Source of the DNA: Desulfatiglandales bacterium | Lineage (GTDB): Bacteria; Desulfobacterota; DSM-4660; Desulfatiglandales; HGW-15 | Assembly: GCA_963667015.2 (NCBI GenBank) | Contig: CAXXJJ010000001.1 | Span: 1,472,001-1,536,000 of the forward strand | Direction: 5' to 3' | Length of the DNA stretch: 64,000 bases | Shown: positions 57,721 through 64,000 of the stretch, piece after piece | Layout: each line of letters opens with the position of its first letter | How positions within the stretch are numbered: the stretch's first letter is position 1 | The notes under the pieces: model-generated | The model's database searches: none | Told to the model about the DNA's origin: nothing | What the model saw: the letters and a program-made list of their open reading frames with translations, nothing else | Position numbers and translations under genes: made by a program

Positions 57721-58566
57721 ATGGTAAAGAAAGATCATACAGCAATATATATACATTGTGATGGTTCAATGTTGCCAGATGCTATGTCTAGTGGTGGAAC
57801 AGGTTATGTAATTAAATTCCCGGATGATTTTGAATTAGAGGATATATCTGATTTTCATGGAGTATATCAGGATGCCAATATCGAGAGAATAGAAATTCAA
57901 GGTATTATTGAAGGGATGAAAGGTCTTATTTATTGGCTCAAACATAACACGCTCAACTTCTCAAGAGTTTCTAAGATAATTATAATAACTGATAGATATA
58001 GTTTGCGAGATGATGACAGAACAAGTCCTTTTAAAATACGAGAATGGAGAAAAAATGGGGGTAAGAATTTTGAAGGTAAAGAAGTAAAAAATTGGGACCT
58101 GTTAAATAATTTAGACAAAATCAGGAATAAATTAAGAAACCTGACTTGGAAAACAGTAAGGATTGAATATCGACGGAGAAAAGAAAATAAGGAAGCTGAT
58201 AAGCTTTCTAAAAGAGGGCGAAAAGAAGGAATACCCATAAGAGACATTGCAATTGAAGGCCATAAAATTGGTCGAAGGTTGTTTGAAGGTGAGGAAGTAA
58301 AATATAGTTCCTTTTCACCAAAAGATACAATTATTATTCATGTTTTTCGTAAGAGGCCAATCAAACAACAATGGGAAATAAATGCAGAAATTTGTTCTGA
58401 TAAGATGAAGGGACAAAAGTTAATAATAATTTCAGACAATTCGTTACAGGAAAAACTACAGAGAGGAAATATTTTTCAAATCAGAATTAAAAAAGTATAT
58501 TTGCACCATTTAGAAATATATAGAACAATAAAAAAAATGAAGAAGGAACAATTTAAGAATACATAA
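57721..58566 (+). CDS. RNase HI-fold protein with an extra C-terminal domain
   Basis: YIHCDGS, NIERIEIQGII, ITDRY, VKNWDL, NKEADKLSK (D-E-D-D set); conserved His absent; about 110 aa extension. Confidence 0.8.
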   Translation: MVKKDHTAIYIHCDGSMLPDAMSSGGTGYVIKFPDDFELEDISDFHGVYQDANIERIEIQGIIEGMKGLIYWLKHNTLNFSRVSKIIIITDRYSLRDDDRTSPFKIREWRKNGGKNFEGKEVKNWDLLNNLDKIRNKLRNLTWKTVRIEYRRRKENKEADKLSKRGRKEGIPIRDIAIEGHKIGRRLFEGEEVKYSSFSPKDTIIIHVFRKRPIKQQWEINAEICSDKMKGQKLIIISDNSLQEKLQRGNIFQIRIKKVYLHHLEIYRTIKKMKKEQFKNT

Positions 58567-58588
58567 TTTGTGTTCAGGAGAAAATATA

Positions 58589-58804
58589 ATGTACACCGGA
58601 TACTGGATTCAAGACAAATTCATCTGGGGGCCTCGCGAATCTGGAAAATATTGGATTGAAAACAACTGGATCTGGGGGCCAAAAAATGGTGGAAAGTATT
58701 GGATTGATAACAACTACATTTGGGGACCGAAGGAAAACGGTAAATTTTGGATCGCTGAAGGCCATATTTACGGACCTCACGTAAATCTCCCGTGGCTTGA
58801 TTAA
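58589..58804 (+). CDS. Small Trp-rich 4x16-aa beta-repeat protein
   Basis: RBS AGGAG; four GKYWIxxxxIWGP units (48-nt period). Confidence 0.8.
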   Translation: MYTGYWIQDKFIWGPRESGKYWIENNWIWGPKNGGKYWIDNNYIWGPKENGKFWIAEGHIYGPHVNLPWLD

Positions 58805-58815
58805 CAATGACTGTA

Positions 58816-58897
58816 GGCGTCCATAAAAAACTAAATAGCTCTAAAAACTTTTTATTTATATTAGTTATCTCAACTTTCATTATTTTAAAGACTATGA
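58816..58897 (+). repeat. Intergenic repeat family GTCCATAAAAAA...ATCTCAACTTTCATT...AAAGACTATG
   Basis: Similar copy at 61443-61530; partial copies near 55188 and 57303. Confidence 0.7.
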
Positions 58898-58932
58898 CTG
58901 TCTGTAGATAAAAAAGAATAAAGGAGGATACA

Positions 58933-59139
58933 ATGAAAGAAATCTATTATTATTCAAAAAATGAAATAGACACATATGCATTTTTTTATGACAAAGAAAA
59001 TAATATAGCTTGGGCTGTACATATGCCTAGATTAGTTCCCGGAACATCTGGATTTGGAAGAGAAGTGAGTAGTTTAGAGGGAATAAAAAATGAAGAAGAG
59101 GCAAAACAAAAATTAAAGGAAATGGTTGACAAATTATAG
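58933..59139 (+). CDS. Hypothetical protein (68 aa)
   Basis: RBS AAGGAGG; no recognised motif. Confidence 0.7.
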   Translation: MKEIYYYSKNEIDTYAFFYDKENNIAWAVHMPRLVPGTSGFGREVSSLEGIKNEEEAKQKLKEMVDKL

Positions 59140-59192
59140 GAAGGTTGGAATTCATAAAAAACAAATAGTTCAATGTAAATGGTTAATAATAA

Positions 59193-60098
59193 ATGACAAG
59201 TAGACATTATAGTAGCAAATTACCATCAATTTTATATCACTATACGGACCTTAATGGATTGATGGGTATCATAGAAAGTAAATGTCTTTGGGCGACGGAT
59301 ATTTATTATCTAAATGATTTCACAGAAATGGCTTATGCGTTTGACTTTATCTCTGGAAGGATAAAATATTTAATGGATTCTTTTCCCAGGGAAGACCGGT
59401 CTCAAATGGGGCTACGAATACGTTTACCTGATGGGGTACGGACTGAATATGAGTTCTTTGAGGATTTGGAAAAAGTTATTTCCGGTATAAAAAAATCACC
59501 TGACGATTATACATCATTTGTTTGTTCATTCTCTAAAAATGGCGATAGGCTTAGTCAATGGCGAGGGTATAGTAAAGGTGAAGGAGGGTATTGTATAGCA
59601 TTTGATAGAAAAAAACTGGTAGAGTTAGGTAAGGGTAAATTCACAATTTGTGAATGCCTTTACAGACCCGATAAAAACCAAAAGAAATTAGTCGACGAAA
59701 TTGTTACTAAAGAGATCCAAAAGAGCTTCGAAAAGTCATCTAAAAAGAATGGCGACGATAGTGTGCTTGTTGAGGCAATGATTAAATTTTATTTCATTGC
59801 TCCGCGATTAAAAGATCCTGCCTTTCATGAAGAAGGAGAATGGAGATTTTTTCAACATTCCTCAAAAGCATTTAGATTTAATATGGATAATATTAAATAT
59901 AGAAAAGGTGCAAATGCATTAATACCTTTTACCGAGTTTGAGTTAGCTAAAGAGATAAAAAAATTGCCAATAAAAAGTATAACTGTAGGGCCAATGCCAC
60001 ATCAGAAGTTAGCTAAAAGGTCTCTTGAAAGATATCTAGACAATGAGGGTCTCAATTGTGATATAAAGCTTTCACCAATACCGTATCGAATTTTGTGA
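59193..60098 (+). CDS. DUF2971 domain protein
   Basis: LYHYT, LWAT...YLND..E, CSFS...LSQWRGY, K...FHEEGEWR, ITVGP. Confidence 0.88.
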   Translation: MTSRHYSSKLPSILYHYTDLNGLMGIIESKCLWATDIYYLNDFTEMAYAFDFISGRIKYLMDSFPREDRSQMGLRIRLPDGVRTEYEFFEDLEKVISGIKKSPDDYTSFVCSFSKNGDRLSQWRGYSKGEGGYCIAFDRKKLVELGKGKFTICECLYRPDKNQKKLVDEIVTKEIQKSFEKSSKKNGDDSVLVEAMIKFYFIAPRLKDPAFHEEGEWRFFQHSSKAFRFNMDNIKYRKGANALIPFTEFELAKEIKKLPIKSITVGPMPHQKLAKRSLERYLDNEGLNCDIKLSPIPYRIL

Positions 60099-60103
60099 AA
60101 ACC

Positions 60104-60166
60104 ATAGGGGTCTTCACTTTTCACAGTTGTCGATAAGGATGTAAAAAGTGAAGACCTGACACCTAT
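60104..60166. repeat. REP-like hairpin
   Basis: GGTCTTCACTTTTT / AAAAAGTGAAGACC, flanked by ATAGG / CCTAT. Confidence 0.75.
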
Positions 60167-60203
60167 TTTTTGTAACGTTTTTAAAAAGGGTATATGGATA
60201 GAA

Positions 60204-61097
60204 ATGACAACTAAGTTCCTAATAATCGATGATGATCCTTTTATCTGTGATCTACTAAGTTCTTTTTTTAAAATTACATATGATGATGCCAGAGTAGAAT
60301 CGGCTGGAACTAATAAAAAAGCGTTCCATATAATGGAAAACTATATCCCTGATCTTATTACTACAGATTTAATGAGACCTGGTGGAGATCCGCTTGATTT
60401 CATATTACAGATTAGAAAAGATCCAAAGTTATGGCACATACCTGTAATAGGAATATCTGGAGCGATAAAATCTGATGCCATGGAACTAAAATTATATCGT
60501 AATGGTTTTAATGGTGTTATTAGGAAACCTTTTGGCATAAAGGTTTTGGTTGAAGCTTTGAATAAAGTAAATCGTGCGCGTCCAAAAGCTGACCCTGATA
60601 GTATTATGATTCATGCTGGATTTGAAAGCCAATCACTTGACTATAAAGAATCCATAGACATAAAAACTAAAAAAGGAAAAGCATCTATAGCAAAGGATGT
60701 TATCGCATTTGCTAATTACGGTGGAGGGACAATAATAGTTGGAGTAAAAGAAGATCCTCCTGGTTTTTTTACTGCAAATGGAGTTGAACCATCTATTATT
60801 GGTGATTTTGAAACAACGCATCTCAATCAAGCTGTTAATTCATATTTAGATCCTCCTATAAATGTTAAAGTAAGAAAAGTTGAAAATGAAGGTAAAATAT
60901 TTATTTTTGTTGAAATACCTCCTGCAGAAAATACATTCATTCTGGCTGCAAAAAAAAATGAGGCTGCAAGCTTATTCACCGGTCGTATATATACTCGAAC
61001 AACGAATGTCACAAGTGAAGAGATTCAGACGTCTGAAGAAATGCGTACTTTGTTTAATCGTTTTGTGAAAACAACGGGGACAACCCTTGACATGTGA
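60204..61097 (+). CDS. Receiver (REC) domain fused to a Schlafen/AlbA_2 domain
   Basis: IIDDD, PDLITTDLMRP, ISG, KPF; then ESQSLDYKE, KDVIAFANYGGGTIIVGV, IYTR. Confidence 0.85.
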   Translation: MTTKFLIIDDDPFICDLLSSFFKITYDDARVESAGTNKKAFHIMENYIPDLITTDLMRPGGDPLDFILQIRKDPKLWHIPVIGISGAIKSDAMELKLYRNGFNGVIRKPFGIKVLVEALNKVNRARPKADPDSIMIHAGFESQSLDYKESIDIKTKKGKASIAKDVIAFANYGGGTIIVGVKEDPPGFFTANGVEPSIIGDFETTHLNQAVNSYLDPPINVKVRKVENEGKIFIFVEIPPAENTFILAAKKNEAASLFTGRIYTRTTNVTSEEIQTSEEMRTLFNRFVKTTGTTLDM

Positions 61098-61236
61098 GAA
61101 GCGCCGATTAAAACCGGCAGGTAACAGAGGATGAATGAAAATATAGGGATTAGATCTGCCTTTGACTATTGGCAAGTTTTTTAAAGGTGGAGTCGGCAAA
61201 GCTATGGAAGGCTAGAAAAGAAGTTGAATAAAGGTG

Positions 61237-61385
61237 TAAAGGGGTCAAGTCTCCTAATAGCTCATGGGCTTATAAGTAATGAATAGGGGTAAAAAATAGT
61301 TGTAAATTGAAAAAATATCGAAGATAGAAATAAGTAGAAATGAGCAAAATACATTAATGAGCTAAACGGAGATTTTCCCCCTTTA
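61237..61385. mobile_element. About 150-bp MITE-like element, copy 2
   Basis: TAAAGGGGTCAAGTCTCC..TAGCTCAT ... ATGAGCTA..GGAGATTTTCCCCCTTTA imperfect TIRs. Confidence 0.8.
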
Positions 61386-61637
61386 CATAATGGAGTGACC
61401 AAATGGCAAAGTACAATACAATTGACGAATACATGGGCGAGAGGGACGTCCATAAAAAAATAACTCAAAAGAACAGTATTGAATTGTATTTATATTCGTA
61501 ATCTCAACTTTCATTTTTTTAAAGACTATGGCAAGTAATCTAAATATCAACCATATGACAATCTTTCTGTATAACATTCAATTTGTAAAGATATACAGAA
61601 CTGGTGAATAACTTGATCGGCTAAGAAGAATGTAACC

Positions 61638-62666
61638 ATGATAACATATGATAAAGAAAAACAGTGGCAACGGCTCATTGGACAACATGAAAGTATGAGG
61701 CTGGAGTTCAAGAGTTGCCGTCTATTTGACAATAAAAGAAAAGGAATAAATGACTTGAGTAAAGAGGCTTCAGCTTTTGCCAATAGCGAGGGCGGCGCTA
61801 TACTAATAGGGATAGAGGAGAAAAAAGAAGGTAAAACCCGAGTGGCAGACAGATTATTGGGCATTGATTCTGAAATAATTGCTCCAGAGTGGCTTCAACA
61901 AATCATTGAGTCAAATATCAGTCCATATCTACCAGGGATTCGAGTGCACAGAGTACCATTTTCTGATGGTAATGCCGGAAAAATAGGATTTGCAATCCTT
62001 ATTCCACGAGGAACAACTGCATATCAAGCTAATGATATGAAGTACTATGGTCGGTCGGAGTATGAAAAGAAAGCACTTCCCGACCATGAAATTCGTCTTC
62101 TAATGATGAAAGGTCGTATTGCACAGGCAACTGTACTTACAGGGTATTCCGAGCTCATTACTGCTGAAGACCATAATTTGAGAGAGAAGAAAAGGGTTGA
62201 AGCCTTGCGTGCGAGTAAGCGCATTTTTCGTCGTGAAGATGAAGTAAAGGAAGTGGATTATGACAGATACCTGATTCAACTTGAAGTACTGAACACTAGC
62301 GACATAACCATTTCCAACTTCGCTTTCGAAATCAATCTAGAATCATCATTCTTAGTCAAATATAAAAATAAAAAAAGATTTCGATTTCCACAATCGAGAT
62401 CAATATATAATACTGGTACAAGGGACATATGGGAACCCCCTGAATTACTCTTTCCGAGAGATCGTTTACAACTTCCCACTGAAAAACTTGAGTTTAGAGT
62501 TCCGGTTAATCAGGACTTCTTCTCCAAAAAATCAGTTTTACATTGGAAAGTGTTTCTTGATAACGCTCCACCGTGTAATGGGAGTATTGATCTTCGCCAA
62601 GTCTTCGCAGAAAAATTGAAAGCCGAACAAGCTGCTTCACAAGACACCGGAGGATTCCTTGCTTGA
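61638..62666 (+). CDS. Schlafen/AlbA_2 domain protein with a beta-rich (Ig-like) C-terminal domain
   Basis: ESMRLEFKS, KEASAFANSEGGAILIGIEE, KYYGR; C-terminal IQLEVLNTSDITISNF...LFPRD...LHWKVFLDNAP. Confidence 0.85.
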   Translation: MITYDKEKQWQRLIGQHESMRLEFKSCRLFDNKRKGINDLSKEASAFANSEGGAILIGIEEKKEGKTRVADRLLGIDSEIIAPEWLQQIIESNISPYLPGIRVHRVPFSDGNAGKIGFAILIPRGTTAYQANDMKYYGRSEYEKKALPDHEIRLLMMKGRIAQATVLTGYSELITAEDHNLREKKRVEALRASKRIFRREDEVKEVDYDRYLIQLEVLNTSDITISNFAFEINLESSFLVKYKNKKRFRFPQSRSIYNTGTRDIWEPPELLFPRDRLQLPTEKLEFRVPVNQDFFSKKSVLHWKVFLDNAPPCNGSIDLRQVFAEKLKAEQAASQDTGGFLA

Positions 62667-62706
62667 TTCGAAAATCATGGCGGGGCTTGTGAGCAAACAA
62701 TTACAA
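62622..62706 (+). other. Degenerate integron attC site
   Basis: R'' GCCGAAC, 5-nt spacer, GCTTCACAAG / CTTGTGAGC stem with an extrahelical base, R' mutated to ATT; complementary GATCGGC at 61615 upstream of the gene. Confidence 0.6.
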
Positions 62707-62818
62707 AGAATAGACTACAGCTATAAATCATGATCATTTTTTGCATCTTAAAAAGTGTAGATTGCTATAATATTTTTCTTATTCTAGTTACAAAATATAT
62801 TCTAAAAAGAGGCAATAT

Positions 62819-63358
62819 ATGAAGGGTAGGGATCTTTTAAAAATTATTTTCTGCTTTTTATTGTTTCAAGCTGTCACGGGAAGCAATCAATTGATTGCCG
62901 GTTCATACGATCAGTCACTGTCTGGTTCACAGCCTGCTGACAAAGGTAAAGAAATGCCTGAAGAACTTAAAGCAGAGACAGATCAGCATTTGTGTGCGCT
63001 CTGGGAAGAAATGAGAACAGCCCTTTCAAATTCTGATATTGAAACTGCGATGAGCTATTTTACTGAGAAAAGCCGTAAAACTTATGGGTCTCAATTTGCG
63101 AAAGTATCAGATGAAAAACGCCGCGAACTGGCAGAGAACTGGGAGGATCTGCAGCTCGTTAAATTCCATTCAGACAGTCATGCTGAACACGATATCCTGG
63201 AAATAAGAGATGACGAAGAAGTATTCTGGCACGTTGACTTTATAAAAAACCAGGTGAAAGCGAATGGAAAATTAAATCTTTCTATAATTGATAACCAGTC
63301 CTGCCTATACTTTACCTGGCAGTACCGGAAAACCGGATATTATTTCGCAGCGAAATAA
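62819..63358 (+). CDS. Secreted NTF2-like protein, probable frameshift near 63250
   Basis: Signal peptide; WEEMRTALSNSDIETAMSYF...WHVDFIK; the expected EWKIKSF* lies in another frame. Confidence 0.6.
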   Translation: MKGRDLLKIIFCFLLFQAVTGSNQLIAGSYDQSLSGSQPADKGKEMPEELKAETDQHLCALWEEMRTALSNSDIETAMSYFTEKSRKTYGSQFAKVSDEKRRELAENWEDLQLVKFHSDSHAEHDILEIRDDEEVFWHVDFIKNQVKANGKLNLSIIDNQSCLYFTWQYRKTGYYFAAK

Positions 63359-63380
63359 TAACTATGTTAGGCGCTAGTCG

Positions 63381-64000
63381 ATGAGTACTAAGAGTAAACT
63401 CATGAGAGAGAAAAAGTTAATAATTGCCATACTCCGTTGGATTGGGTGGATAATCTTGGCGGGACTGATACTCATTATAGGGCTAATTATCTTTTTATTT
63501 GTACGAGAGTCTCTGACTCGAAACCGGTACCGGGCAGATTATCCCCCACCAGGCAAAATGGTCAGTATTGGTACCCATGACATCCATTTGAACTGCCTGG
63601 GGAGCGGGAGCCCAACGGTCGTTTTTGAATCCGACCTTGATCAGTATGGAGTATTAAGCTGGGTTTCTGTCCAAGGTGAAATCGGGAAATTTACCCGCGC
63701 ATGCAGCTACGACAGGGCCGGGATCATGTGGAGCGAGTCTGGGCCGCGGCCTAGAAATGGAAAAACTATTGCTGCTGAACTGAAGACCGTCCTGGAGAAC
63801 GCTGGTGAGGAAGGCCCTTATATTCTGGTAGGTCATGCTTTTGGCGGCGCTTATGTAAGAATATTTGCGGGGCAAAATCCTGATGATATATGCGGCATGG
63901 TACTGATTGAATCAAGTCACCCTGAAATGCTTACACGATTCGCTGAATATGGGATTGAAACAGAGATTCCAAACAAACAGACCAGGCCATTGATCTTGCT
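63381..64000 (+). CDS. Membrane-anchored alpha/beta hydrolase-fold protein, truncated by the window end
   Basis: Not in the ORF track (no stop in window). TM, YPPPGKMV, GSGSPTVVFE, CSYDRAG..WS, PYILVGHAFGG; GTTAGGC 8 nt upstream of the ATG. Confidence 0.85.
   Translation, partial: MSTKSKLMREKKLIIAILRWIGWIILAGLILIIGLIIFLFVRESLTRNRYRADYPPPGKMVSIGTHDIHLNCLGSGSPTVVFESDLDQYGVLSWVSVQGEIGKFTRACSYDRAGIMWSESGPRPRNGKTIAAELKTVLENAGEEGPYILVGHAFGGAYVRIFAGQNPDDICGMVLIESSHPEMLTRFAEYGIETEIPNKQTRPLIL

Noticed and set aside
57538..57721. Stop-codon readthrough from the leader ORF into RNase H (same frame)
   Set aside because: Three stops (TAG, TGA, TAA) intervene
57721..58566. Housekeeping rnhA, or part of a retron/DGR/group II intron
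   Set aside because: Divergent, His-less, extended and in a low-GC island; no reverse transcriptase anywhere in the window
58589..58804. CRISPR or ncRNA array suggested by the 48-nt period
   Set aside because: Variation is mostly synonymous or conservative at protein level, so this is a coding repeat
63654..63875. 73-aa minus-strand ORF
   Set aside because: Antisense to the alpha/beta hydrolase that runs off the window
47000..64000. Prophage or complete integron
   Set aside because: No structural, terminase or tyrosine-recombinase genes seen

Overview
Bacterial chromosomal window. The gene content (sigma54 activators, CoA-activase, many PAS kinases, a RACo remnant) suggests an anaerobic Desulfobacterota (delta-proteobacterium); this is inference. 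Layout: (1) 1-7 kb: a duplicated B12-radical-SAM / cold-shock module whose two csp leaders share an RBS-sequestering hairpin. (2) 7-14.8 kb: a SWIM protein, a low-GC HTH + N6-adenine MTase + PD-(D/E)xK operon (split type IIG-like R-M candidate), then several gene remnants and REP/MITE-like repeats. (3) 14.9-22.7 kb: two-component system, CoA-activase and housekeeping genes. (4) 22.9-46.8 kb: a signalling/general-stress island with a CheB-CheR-PAS fusion, three partner proteins sharing a VHQIELxMQNEELR helix, two paralogous sigma54 activators, two near-identical khpA copies, an IS630 in a response regulator, and BON/lmo0937/DUF3185/PRC/EEP/clsB genes. Four sigma54 promoters here share a tandem GGTCATATATGACC enhancer. 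(5) 47-64 kb: an accessory/defence region punctuated by heptamer repeats, REP/MITE-like elements and degenerate attC sites. It carries MscS, AAA-DUF4143, a ParB-MTase fusion, TA genes, a GHKL-nuclease, a tRNA-like RNA directly upstream of an atypical RNase H, DUF2971, and two Schlafen/AlbA_2 proteins, one fused to a receiver domain. No rRNA, canonical tRNA, CRISPR array, reverse transcriptase or integron integrase was seen. All family calls come from motif recognition by eye; no searches were run.
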